64,000 nt of DNA from Octopus sinensis (Eukaryota): assembly GCF_006345805.1 (NCBI RefSeq), contig NC_043002.1, forward strand, positions 24,552,001-24,616,000, read 5' to 3'. The position numbers and the translations under genes were made by a program. The first letter of the stretch is position 1. Each line of letters begins with the position of its first letter. The notes beneath the pieces were generated by a model. That model was not told where the DNA came from. It did not search any database and saw nothing but the letters and a program-made list of their open reading frames with translations. This document shows positions 38,301-50,175 of this stretch, in pieces.

Positions 38301-38917
38301 AAATTAAAGTGAATTTAACAGTTTTTGTGTTATTAAATGGTTAGAATGACTTTTCCCTTACATAATTGCCTCAGTTTCAACAGTCTCAGATGATGTTATT
38401 TGCTAGATAAGTACAACACAGAATAATTTTAAAATTTATTTGAAATGTAAGAGTTTGAGACTCACTTATTTTCTGATGACAATAATCAGTTGCAGTGCCA
38501 TGTAAAATACACTCATGCCAGTGCCACAGAAAGGTGTGCTTGTGCAAGTAGTACATAAAAAGCACCCAGCTCACTCTGTAAAGTGGTTGCTATTAAGAAG
38601 GGAATCATTGATGTTCTTTCGTAGGAATCCACACACACACACACGTGTGTGTGTGTGTGTCTCATCATCATCACTTTTTTATGCCTACTTTCCATGCCAG
38701 CCTGGTTGCATGAGTTGTCACAATCTGAGTCAGTTCTTATTTGGAGTTACTATCTTCCTTGCCAGATTGGGAGCCATACCTTGCTCATACCTTCCGTTTT
38801 TTGGTATGATTTCTATGGTTAGATATTCTTCTTGTCACCAACTGTTTCACAGAGTATTCTTAATACATTTTATCATGGCACCTACTCTAGAAACATTGAC
38901 ATATTTTTGCCAGGACC

Positions 38918-39448
38918 AAATCAAAAATCAAAAATCAAAAATCAAATCAAACCAAATCAAAATAGATGAACATCAATGGAATTTGTATCCTTGTGGTACC
39001 AGTGCCGGTGGCACATAAGAAAACCATCCGAACGTGACCGTAGCCAGTACCGCATCGACTGGCCTCCGTGCTGAGGGCACGTAACAAACACCATCCAAGC
39101 GTGGCCGTTCGCCAGCCTCGTCTGGCACCTGTGTCGGTGACACATAAGAAAACACCATCCGAGCGTGGCCGTCTGCCAGCATCGTCTGGCACCTGTGTCG
39201 GTGGCACATAAAAAAACACCATCCGAGCGTGGCCGTCTGCCAGCCTCGTCTGGCACCTGTGTCGGTGGCACATAAAATCACCCACTACACTCTCGGAGTG
39301 GTTGGCATTAGGAAGGGCATCCAGCTGTAGAAACACTGCCAGAGCTGACTGGCCTGGTGCAGCCTTCGGGCTTGCCAGACCCCAGTTGAACCGTCCAACC
39401 CATGCTAGCATGGAAAGCGGACGTTAAACGATGATGATGATGATGATG
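38918..39448 (+). mobile_element. Young RTE-clade LINE 3' UTR with five ~64-nt stem-loop units
   Basis: GTGYYGGTGRCAC-type hairpins at 39002, 39068, 39131, 39195 and 39259; family tail with (GAT)n. Confidence 0.92.
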
Positions 39449-39972
39449 AAAGAGTCCTCTTGACTCTACATTGCCTCTGCTTGTTTGCCAACTATTTCAC
39501 TCAGCCTACAGGATACATGTTATTGTGGTACCAGTGCGAGAGAGATTGCCTTGCCTCCCCATGAGAATAGTGAATTCTCACAGCTGTTAATTGTCTCTGC
39601 TTGTGCAAGGCAAATGACTTGGAGTGTGAGCAGAAGAGAGCACAATGACAGAGCAACCAGGACAAGCAGTTGAAGGAGAAAGTGTATGAGGGAAAAACAT
39701 AGTGGCAAGGTGGTGCTAGGGAAGGGAGTACATGTTACTTAGGCAACAACATGTTGGGGTATGGAGGTTAATCAGTTAATCAGGAATGCAACATGATTGA
39801 TGCAATGGGAAAACAGCAAGAAAGAAAGAAGTACTTGAAGTTGGTGAGAGAGAGATGGTGAAAGAGAGAGAGAGAGAGAGAGCAAATAGTAATAAATTGT
39901 TAATAATAATGATTTAATACATAAATAGGGACACCAAACCTCAGTTTTTGATGGAAGTACTTTAAAATAATA

Positions 39973-40184
39973 AATGCGCCCTTTTAAAGCCTAGCCAGGC
40001 TCATGGGCCCGGTTTCCCCGTTTCTATGGTGTATGTGTTCCCCAGCTGGACGGGACACCAGTCTATCGCAGCGTTACTCATTTTTGCCAGCTGAGTGGAC
40101 TGGAGCAACGTGAAATGAAGTGTTTTGCTCAAGAATACAACACGTCTCCCGGTCCAGGAATCGAAACCACAATCTTACGATCAT
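39973..40184 (-). mobile_element. tRNA SINE, third family, tail type 3 (V-domain-like), internally deleted
   Basis: Revcomp of GTAACGCTGCGATAGACTGGTGTCCCGTCCAGCTGGGGAACAC...; matches 58740-58836. Confidence 0.8.
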
Positions 40185-40679
40185 GCCTCTACGTGGAAGT
40201 ACTTTACTGGAATTTTATTAATCTCCTGAAGGATGAAAAGCAGGATTTAAATTCAGAATATAAAAAGCTGGAACAAATACTGCAGGGCATTATGTTGGAT
40301 ACACTATTCTGTCACTGATTTGTATAATCCTTGTTTGAAGCAGCCAAGAAAGGCTTCCATAGGCATAATTTCGTAGAAAGGGTCATGTGTGTGTGTGCCT
40401 GTGTGTCTGCGTGTTGAGGTAGGCCCAATTTTTTTATTTTTTGTAATTATCAGCTATATTCCGTTTTTTTTTTTTCTGCTAGTTCTGCACTATTTCCTAT
40501 GTAACAACATTAGGAATACTTCATCATCAGCAGCAAGAGTAGCAACATTAGGAAAACATAATCATCATCGTTAACAACATCATCATTATCATCTTCATTA
40601 AAAAGATGAGTACTTGATATGTCTTTTGGGCAAGTTTCCAAAATTCTACCTACAAGATTTCAGTGAAAAAAAACATTTA

Positions 40680-40772
40680 TAGACATGTGTGTTTATGTGT
40701 GTAGATATATAGATATAAAAATGTGTGAGTGTGTGTGTGCGCGCGTGTGTATGTATATATGTATATGTCTCC

Positions 40773-40808
<36 letters not shown>

Positions 40809-40837
40809 TTGTATCTATATACATATGTGTATGTGCA

Positions 40838-40881
<44 letters not shown>

Positions 40882-41033
40882 TATATGTATATACATACGT
40901 ATATGTGTATGTATATATGTTTGTATCTATATACATATGCGTGTGTATGTATGTGTATATATATATGTATGTATATACCTATTGTTTAGAATTATGAGAT
41001 AAAAGAAATGTTTATATATGTTTGTTTATGTGA

Positions 41034-41080
<47 letters not shown>
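40680..41080. repeat. (TG)n/(TC)n/(TA)n compound microsatellite
   Basis: Directly visible. Confidence 0.95.
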
Positions 41081-41082
<2 letters not shown>

Positions 41083-41583
41083 GGGTTTATATGTGTGTGT
41101 ATGTTCATAACACAAGCATACACACAAACCCATACGTGTGTTATTTATAAATATTTATACGAACACATATAATTGAAATACAGATTACTGCTGTTGTTTT
41201 TGTTGTGGTTGTGATTGTTGTTTAGCAGTGCCTGTCATTTCTGGCAGAATACACCTTTAAGTACAAAAAAAAAAAAAAAGAAATTTCTGAAATGTTCCAG
41301 AGAAACCAACAGATTGCAGCTCCCCCTTAATGCTACAGAGCTCTCACCAATTATTGCCAACACCCCTAGAGAATTTAATTAATTTTTTTTTCTTTGGTGA
41401 GGACTTGGGGAATTAATAGTTAAAATATTTCACAAGCTTCAGGAACTCATTAGAGCTGCTTACGTATGTACAGACGGATAGACATATATATATTAGATAG
41501 AATACCAAATTGTGTAATGCACAGCCACACAGACATCTGTATGTACGTATATATACATATATATGTGTACATATATGCATATA

Positions 41584-41625
<42 letters not shown>

Positions 41626-41741
41626 TTCAGATGAGTATGGTACTTAAGTTGAGGCACCAGAATTTAGTACGGTATTATCCATACAATTTCAAAATAAGGT
41701 AATTAAAATTAAAATAAGAAACAAGAAAATCCAGAGGTAAT

Positions 41742-41826
41742 ACAGTACGATCGTTTCATGCAACTCCATTTAATTGAACAATGCAATCATTACATCAATT
41801 TAAAATGTAGAGCAATCTTCAGCTGC
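41742..41826 (-). ncRNA. Type I hammerhead motif (CUGAAGA...GAAACGAUCGUA), stem II junction eroded
   Basis: Stem I GCAG/CUGU; core CUGAAGA (revcomp 41816-41822); long stem II UGC..CAUUU/AAAUG..GCA; palindromic stem III ACGAUCGU; GUA triplet. Confidence 0.7.
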
Positions 41827-42189
41827 ACAAAAACATAGAATTTAATTAAATGATCGTACTGCATTAACTATGGATATCCTTGTTGCTTATTTTGATATGT
41901 ATATATAAATATATATACAAGAATAATATAACACAAGGATAGAAGCTATCAGGCAATGCTGAAACAAATGTTGTGATCTACCTCTAAAACTGAAATCCTC
42001 TCTCCATGTGTTATATTATTTTTGCATTAATTGTATGCAAAGAGGAGTTCTGCTTGTGTAACCATCCCTGGAATATACCCTACTGTAGGATAACATGTTG
42101 TAGTCAAATAATGACATAAGAGCTTTCAAATGCACAGTATGAGGTTTTTAAGCTGTATTATTCTAAATATATATGTTTGTATATATACA

Positions 42190-42650
42190 TGCAGGTATGG
42201 AACTTTATTTCACAACCATGTGATGTCAAGTTCAATCTCAGTGTGTTTCACTTTGGGTAAACTTCTATAGCTTCAGATGGACTAAATGCTTGTGAACGAA
42301 TTCTGGTAGATGGAAACTGAAAAGAAGCCGTCTGTGTTTGTGCATGTGTGTGTGTGTGTGTCTGTGTGTGTGTGTGTGTGTCTGTCAGTCTGTCATGAGT
42401 TTTTGTGAGTTATTGTGTGTGTGTAATTTTCTTGATATTGCATGCTAATTCAAGCAGTCTTCATCTCTTGTAATCTTCATTGAAATATATCTAGAACAGG
42501 GGAAAGTTAGACATTGCTTGAAAACATGTGATGGTTGGCAAAAGGAAGGGCATCTGGATATAGAAATTCTTTCTCAACAAATCCTATCTCACTCATGTAG
42601 GTTTAGAAAAGTAAACATTAAAGTGATAGTGCTGTTGCTGATGATATACA
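42190..42650 (+). mobile_element. Deu/Nin-like SINE with RTE-like tail B, full length and decayed
   Basis: Head and body ...TGGTAGATGGAAACTGAAAAGAAGCC, TG run, then GGGGAAAG...GGAAGGGCATC...TAGAAATTC. Confidence 0.7.
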
Positions 42651-42669
42651 TGCATATATCCTCCTCCTC

Positions 42670-43100
42670 CTCATCATCATCATCATCATGTAACATGTTT
42701 TCCATGTTGGCTTGGGTTGGATGACTTGACAGAAACTGGTAAGGCCAGGGGCCACAACAGGTTCCATAGTCTGTTTTGGTTTGGTTTTTTTTTTTCAACT
42801 AGATGCCCTTCCTAATATCAACCACTAACAGAGTGTACTTGGTGCTTTTTACATGACGCCATCATCAGTGTCTTTTTATGTGGCACCAGTACCAGTGCCT
42901 CTTACATGTCAGCAGTAGCAACACCAATGTGTTTTTATGTGGCAGTTTGGTTTTAAGATATCAATTTTGTTGTGGTGGGTGGGTCTTCCTGAGTAGAGCG
43001 ATGCACCACTTATCTTAGTCCCCTGTCATCCTCTTTGTAAGGCTTAGCATTTTGAGATCAGTCTTTAATACTTCATCCCATGTCTACCTAGGTCTTCCTC
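42670..43100 (-). mobile_element. RTE-clade LINE 3' end, decayed
   Basis: (ATC)n, CCATGTTGGCTTGGG, GATGCCCTTCC, GGTGCTTTTTACATG, ending in revcomp of the RGRPR codons. Confidence 0.75.
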
Positions 43101-43150
43101 TTTCATAATTCCTGTCCATTGTACCTTATATATTTATATATATATATATA

Positions 43151-43352
43151 GTTAATTCAAACATGAAAGCACAAAGAGAAAACACAACAACGCGTGGATG
43201 TGGAGCAAGTATAGTGTTATTGGATGCTCAGGAAAGGAAAGAAAGAAGGAGGATTTAACGTTTCGAGCGGAGCTCTTCGTCAGCAACATAGGAAAAGGAA
43301 AGATCCAAGGAAGGGAAAACAGAGGAAAAAAATCACCAACGATACACACGCG
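43151..43352 (-). mobile_element. ~200-nt hammerhead-bearing Penelope-like mini-element (copy 2)
   Basis: Same family as 8862-9058; flanked by (TA)n and (CA)n. Confidence 0.8.
43253..43287 (-). ncRNA. Minimal type I hammerhead motif with intact core
   Basis: GUUG CUGACGA-A-GAGC-UCC-GCUC GAAACGUU AAAU; palindromic ACGU stem III of the dimer-cleaving kind; first stem I pair is G.A. Confidence 0.78.
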
Positions 43353-43354
43353 AT

Positions 43355-43457
<103 letters not shown>

Positions 43458-44701
43458 CTAGATAGACAAACAGACAGACAGAGATATGTATGCATGTGGG
43501 AATGTATGTTGCTTAAGTGTCCTAATTAGCAGTCAAAGTACTACAACATGGTAGGCAGAGTAAAAGACAGGATATGAAATGGTCAGAGTACTATTGTCAC
43601 TGTTAACAGCAAAAGGACATTCTGTCAGGGTGAAGAGCAGATTTTACGATGTATGTGTATGAATTGTGATACTGTGTGGTAGCAAAACGTGGGCTTTCAA
43701 TGCAAGAATAGAGAAAACAGATGAATATGATGATGCTGATGATAGGAAAGAAATAACATGATTGTGAATTAAGGAATAAATGTATACAATATAAAGTGTT
43801 CTTCACCATCATGGATTATGAATAACCATTGGCTGTTGGTCAGAGATAATATCTGACTATGCAGTTGACTAATTCTTGAATATGACATCTTTGTTTGATC
43901 CTAAATAAGCAGAACTACACATACACACTCTAACACACACACATACACATATATATGGCAGAGTTGGGGATATCTGTGCGTGGTGTGTGTATGTGTGTGT
44001 GCATGGTTCCTTATTGCCAGGTAAAATTGTCAGGTTATTTATAAAGACATTTATAGTTAAGTTAGTGATGTAGAAAAGCTGTCATTCCGTACAGAAACCC
44101 TTCGTGTGTGAATACATATATTTTTATACACTGTACGCCCTGTACTGCATTCACTCAGCCAGAAAGGCAGAGCAGAGTGTTTGCATTCAAGCACAGAATT
44201 GAACAGAATCTTCTTAGTTTCTGCTGAAAATGTATGTTGTGTGTGATATATATGGAAAAGAATGTATGTATTTATATGTGTATAGATACACTCTCTCAAA
44301 CATACCCACACATACATATATATATATATATTTAAAGAGAGAGAGAGAGAAGGATATAAATATGTGTGTGTTTATATATATACACATATATGGGAAAAGA
44401 TTTTCTAAAATTAAAAATTATTAATCATATAAAAAGAAATCTTTAAAAAATATATTAATATAGACTTGATGGAAGGAAGTTTTTATATGCTTTCATTGTC
44501 TTCGACTTTGCAAGCACACTTAATATAAGATAATCTCTGTGTTTAAATGTGTGTGTGTGTTTGTATGTATATATATACATACATACATACATATAAGAAG
44601 AAAAAAAAAATGGAGATAGTGAAATTACTAAAGGTCTGTTATCAACAGTCTGGTGTAATGAATCCATAAACACACATATAAAACATCTAAGGGTATATTT
44701 T

Positions 44702-44787
44702 TCTCCTTCTGGAGATATTATACTCAGGGCATATGAATTTAATATTTTATTGATTCACTGAGTATTAATTGAAACAGCTGTAAGGGA
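44702..44787 (+). ncRNA. Decayed type I hammerhead motif
   Basis: UCUCCUU CUGGAGA U AUUAUACUCAG...CUGAGUAUUAAU U GAAACAGCUGU A AGGGA; A6 is G and the 10.1-11.1 pair is lost. Confidence 0.6.
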
Positions 44788-45080
44788 TGATGATTGATTT
44801 GTTGTTGATAATAAGCACTTATTAACTTGACTATATCTATTTTCTTTTTCTTCCTTTATATGACTATAGACTACATGGTTTTTATATATCTACCTATTTT
44901 TTTAAAGAAATCAAGCTCCAAAAAATATTAGGTATTGAACCAATATTTCCATGGATGGCACCATCCCTTCATGAGGCTAACATAACCTCTTATTGAGTTT
45001 TATATAAATATATATTTATATATGGATGTTATATTTATATATGGATTTTCTATTTTCTCTCCCTGCTTATTTCTGTGTTC

Positions 45081-45116
45081 CTTTCTGCCAAAGAGCGTAG
45101 GCTCAAAACGTAAAAG
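45081..45116 (+). ncRNA. Heavily decayed minimal hammerhead motif
   Basis: CUUU CUGCCAA-A-GAGC-GUAG-GCUC AAAA CGU A AAAG; all three stems pair but the core is mutated. Confidence 0.55.
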
Positions 45117-45245
45117 ACACAAGCGTTAAACTAATACATCTGTTTGTTGTTTACACACCCATCTTCGTCTTTTGGTTATGTATATATATATGTATATATA
45201 TATATATGTATATGTATGTATATATATGTATATATATGTATATGT

Positions 45246-45276
<31 letters not shown>

Positions 45277-45391
45277 TATATATGTATGTATATTTATATA
45301 TGTATATATATGTATGTATATTTATATATCACTGTGGGCACCATGTAGGCAGTCATCAAAAAGTTTTTGTTCGTCTTGAGGCTGATAGAGG

Positions 45392-45490
45392 TTCCTTGTC
45401 TTTCCTAATGAGAAGACGGCATAATGCTCCCTTTATTCCTTCGGAATTAAGAGTCTGCAGTCTTCGAAACATGTGTTGAGAGTAAAGGAA
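45392..45490 (+). ncRNA. Extended type I hammerhead motif (G5A)
   Basis: 13-position stem I UUCCUUGUCUUUC/GAGAGUAAAGGAA with a 2x2 loop; core CUAAUGA; stem II GAAGAC...GUCUUC enclosing a long hairpin; GAAAC-AUGU-GU-U. Confidence 0.7.
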
Positions 45491-45624
45491 TTTTGTTAAA
45501 ATCTTCGTTCGACTCCTTTCTTTCATTTATTCATATATTTATATATATGTATATATATTCACACGTGCATATCTTTCTGAGAAATTTTGATATTGATTTC
45601 CTAATATTAATAATATATTATTAA

Positions 45625-45683
<59 letters not shown>

Positions 45684-45769
45684 GTGTGTGTATATATATA
45701 TGTGTATATGTGTGTGTGTGTGCATGCATGTGCATGTGTATATAAATATATATGTATATATATAAAGAT

Positions 45770-46030
45770 AGATTGGCTGTGTGGTAAGGAGTTTGCTTCC
45801 CAACCACATGTAGTTCTGGGTTCAGTACCATTATGTGGAGCCTTGAGCAAGTGTCTTCCACTATAGCCTTGGGCCAACCACAGCATTGTGAGTGGATTTG
45901 GTAGATGGAAAGTGAAGGATACTTGTACTTGTATATGTATGTCTTTGTGTCTGTGTTTGCCCCCGCACCAATGTTGATAATAGGTGTTGGTTTGTTTACG
46001 TCCCAGGGCTTATGATTACCAGATTGTTTG
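45770..46030 (+). mobile_element. Deu/Nin-like SINE
   Basis: GGCTGTGTGGTAAGGAGTTTGCTTCCCAACCAC...GTGAGTGGATTTGGTAGATGGAAAGTGAA. Confidence 0.82.
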
Positions 46031-46759
46031 TTCAAATCTGGGCTATGTAGAATATATGTTGTTGAGTAAGACACTTTATTTCACATCGCTGCCATCAACT
46101 CAGCTACAAATTAGTAACAGTTGAGTGCTGGTACAGTCTTCTTTCCTTCCAGCTCTCATGCGGCTACATAAACATTTAAAACAAACAAATAGATAAATAA
46201 AATATACCAAAAGCATGGTACATACTATCAAGCTATACTCGCTTGTGAGTAACAGCATTTGTTTACCATGGTTTTGTGTGTGTGTGTGTGTGTTTGTACA
46301 CACAGACATACAACACACACACACAAATACAAACACACACACACACTCATACAGAGCTAGCAATCTTGTATTCCCAGTTGATGTTTTAATGGATATTTTG
46401 GGTAACACCAAGATAGCTATGGTACATGAAATGAAAGAGACCAAGGAATTTAGAATTCTATGATCAATGTTCCCTCTAAACAGTGCACTTGCACCTGCTC
46501 ACATGTTTTTACAACTAGTCCACTAAAGGCAAAAAAATGTGTGTGTGCAAGGTTTTCAAGATGAAATCAAATTTTTTTTTTATTGATGATAGTTACTCAA
46601 ATGCACACATGCTTTGCAAAAGAAGACAAAATTTGCATACAAGAAAATGTCTACACATACCTACAGTAAAATATTAGAAAGGACATTGTTTGTGATGCAG
46701 AAGGTCTAATCATTTGCAACTCTAACTTAAGGAAACTTGCCAGCTACCTGATCACTTGC

Positions 46760-46970
46760 CACAAAGCTGAACACACATGATGAGAAAGACTTCATGCTTA
46801 CCAGCCAACAAGACTTCACAACTGGTTGTGATCATCAAGTCTTTCTCCAGTGAAGAATGTACCACAAGAGACGTGTTTAACATGATTAGAGAAAGTGCTA
46901 TATGGATTGAAAGACACAAGAAAATCTGCAGAAGGAAGGTATGGAAACTGAAAGATCCTCTCAGATAGGC
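46760..46970 (+). pseudogene. Possible decayed L1/Tx1-like LINE C-terminal fragment
   Basis: Translation ...ESAIWIERHKKI resembles the W.IW..RN..IF motif; this is a single weak motif only. Confidence 0.25.
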
Positions 46971-47925
46971 ATAGGTATAATGAAGTACTGACACTTGTCA
47001 AGAAGGAAAAGGAAATTGGACCTTGTGCCTAGAATAGAAAAGAATGAAGAGGAAATAGAGATCCATACTACAGAAAACAATTGTTAGTTCCTAAGGTTCC
47101 ATACTTTAAGAAACAGACTAGACCTGTAGATGAGTATGGATTCCACTACTATACTGGCCTCTTCCTTGAAGCTGACTGGTCTTGTACCGGCATCTTTCTA
47201 GTACCCTGACTTACTTGTCTTTTCACCTCTCAACACCTTTGTTGAGTACACATGCTTCTCCTTTGGCTCCACACTAACCACTATGTACCCAGTCCTTGCT
47301 CTCTACCAAAACATTGGTCCTCTAGAATCTGCCTTCCACTCAGTTTTCCTGCAGGTTCTATCCTGCAACAATTCAAATGATGAACAGCTTCAAGTTTACC
47401 AGTCTCTGAAGGCCTGAAAATGCCCTGGTCACTGTCCCTTATAACACTCAGCAAAGTAAAAAAAAAGGGGACAAGAGATAATGACATAGTGTTGAAATAT
47501 TCTGGTGAATATATACACAGTGATGATATAGATATCTGAATCAGTAGTAAACACCCAAGTGGTCCTCTACATCTTCCTGTGCTTCTTATGTTTGGCCATG
47601 TTTAGCTTGTATTTTTGGTGTACATTTATGATCTGATGTAGAGAATAATTCCTGGGGCAGTCAAATGTCTGTTTAGATCATCTGAGATCTTTTATGGCCC
47701 CATTGTTTCTCTAAGTGCAGAAGACCTCTCTGCAGGGCCTTGACAACTGCATTTAATACTAATACTACTACTATTACTAATAATTTATAATTATGACTTC
47801 TACAATTATTGCTTTTAGAAAACATAGTTTCAACCTTTACAATGATGACAACTCCTATGATGACTCACATCACAACAACTAACATCACCATAATCTCTAC
47901 CACCACCACTACCTCCTCCTCCTCC

Positions 47926-47962
<37 letters not shown>

Positions 47963-49137
47963 GACAATCTGAGCCTCTTTTACAACTGTCAACACAGTAA
48001 TCACCATCACTACTGTCATCAGCAACATCACTACCACCATCACCCCAACCTTCTCCACCACCATCACTACAACCCCTTCCATACAAATGCACACCACAAC
48101 CACCAGTGCCACAGCTGTGTCACCCTTTTCAAATCCTTCAGTAGATAAAGTTTCCCATACCAGCTTGTCTCACACTGCCTCAACTCTAACAACACTGCCA
48201 GATAACGTAACTACCAACGCAACCACCACCCTGCCACTGGCGGTCGGGCATATCAAGCGGGGTGGCAGCATAACGGGGTGTGTGAAGAAATATCTAGAAG
48301 AAATCTCACAGAAGAATGTTAGGGAAAACGAAATAGAGACTTCCCTTCTGAATATATACACCTCTGTTTATAACTTTAAAAAGTTGTTTTGGAGATTGGA
48401 GTATCGTATATGTTTGCATGTTTATATGTGTAATCCCATTATATACACGCATATACACATATATGTATATATTTATGTTTATAATTGTGTTTGTGAATGT
48501 ATGTGTATATGTATGTATGTATGTGTGTATGTATGTATGTATGTATGTATGTATGTGAGTGTACATATATATGTACACATACATACACATATTTATGAAA
48601 TAAGAGAAACTGAAAATGTACTAAGAACATACAAGATTTATTTATATTCAAATTGATACAGTGCATTTTATTTCATATATATCTATATATGAAATAAAAT
48701 GCATCCAGTACATTCTTTAAAGTAACTGGTATCACGAACAGCAGCCAACTGAAGAGAGAGTACTAAAAACAGAATCTAGGAATGGGATATGGTTCTTGAA
48801 ATAAAAACTGATTTTGACTGTGTAATAATCTGAACAATCCACACAAATATAGAAAGTGTATGTAAAATGATGATGATGAGGACAATGTGTGCGTGCATGT
48901 ATATGTATCTGTACATATGTGTGTGGGCATATATTGGATGGAAACTATGGAAGAGGAAGGACAAAGAAGACATGGACAGAAGTAATGAAGTCAGACTAGC
49001 ACTGTCGTTTATTTCCAATCTTCTGCAAAAACAGATCTGACCCTGAGAGAATATTATCTCACTTGGAAACAATTGAGACTGAACCCAAAACACATGATTC
49101 TGAAGTGAAGTTTTTAATCCACAAAGCTATCAGTATG

Positions 49138-49183
<46 letters not shown>

Positions 49184-49209
49184 CATATATATATACACAC
49201 ATATGCACA

Positions 49210-49365
49210 CATGCACACACAGTGGACTTCTTTCACTTTCCATCTGGTAGACCCACTTGTAAGCTTTGGCTGGCTATAGTAGAAGGCACTTGCCAAGGTG
49301 CTATACAGTGGGACCAAACCCTGAACTATGTGGCTGGGAAGCAAACTTCTTACCACACAGCCACA
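49210..49365 (-). mobile_element. Deu/Nin-like SINE (head and body)
   Basis: Revcomp of the family consensus. Confidence 0.75.
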
Positions 49366-49372
49366 TTTGCAC

Positions 49373-49419
<47 letters not shown>

Positions 49420-49714
49420 CGTGCGTGCGTGTGTGCATGCATATATGTAGGTCTGTGTGTCTGAATGTATGTTTCTATCTCCTTATCTTGACAGTGTGTG
49501 ATAGTTGTAAAATGATTATCTCTGTTACACAAGCAGTGTCACTCATTTCCAGTATTCTGCAGAAACATACTGGTAATGTGGAAATATCTTGTTTGGAAAC
49601 AGGTGAAGGTTGGTGACAGGAAGGGTGTCCAACTGCAGAAAATCAGCTTCAATAGCCCCATCTGACTCATACAATTATGCAAAATTGAAAGATAAAATGA
49701 TGATGATATTTTGG

Positions 49715-50030
49715 CACTCAGTTATGATGACAAGACTTCCATTTGATCCAATCAATAAAACAGCTTGCTTGTGCAATTAATGTACAAATGTCTGAGTAGT
49801 CCACAGACACATGTACCCTTAATGTAGTTCTCAGGGAGATTCACCATGACATAGAATGTGACAAAGCTGGCCCTTTGAAATACAGGTACTACTCATTTTT
49901 GCCAGCTGAGTGGACTGGAGTAACGTAAAATAAAGTGTCTTGCTCAAGGACACAATGTGTCACCAGGAATTGAACTCATGATCTTGTTATTGTAAACCAA
50001 ACACCCTAACCACTAAGCCATGTGCCTTCA
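49715..50030 (-). mobile_element. tRNA SINE, third family, tail type 2
   Basis: Matches 20660-20972. Confidence 0.78.
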
Positions 50031-50089
50031 CAATGAAGATAATGATGATATATATATATATAAAACAAATGATGATGATAAATATGTAG

Positions 50090-50175
50090 CTCTAATGATG
50101 GAATACTCAACCTATGGAATCCTTACTCAATATAATGTCCCACACGCTTGGCTATTTTAGAAACAGCTGTAAGAG
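50090..50175 (+). ncRNA. Decayed type I hammerhead motif (G5A)
   Basis: CUAAUGA-U-GGAAUA...UAUUUU-A-GAAACAGCUGU-A-AGA. Confidence 0.5.

Noticed and set aside
38995-39290. CRISPR-like appearance of constant repeat plus variable segment
   Set aside because: The DNA is eukaryotic, there are no cas genes, the variable parts are mutually homologous hairpin loops, and the array lies inside a LINE UTR.
38947-39411. Overlapping repetitive ORFs (CATDTGARRGW..., MCHRHRCQT...)
   Set aside because: These are antisense read-outs of the RTE 3' UTR tandem array.
47140-47460. Purine-rich minus-strand block resembling a LINE endonuclease
   Set aside because: No diagnostic motif survived in any frame.
48745-48775. 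CTGAAGAGAGAGTACTAAAAACAG
   Set aside because: Stem II is incomplete and there is no cleavage triplet or stem I; too degenerate to call.
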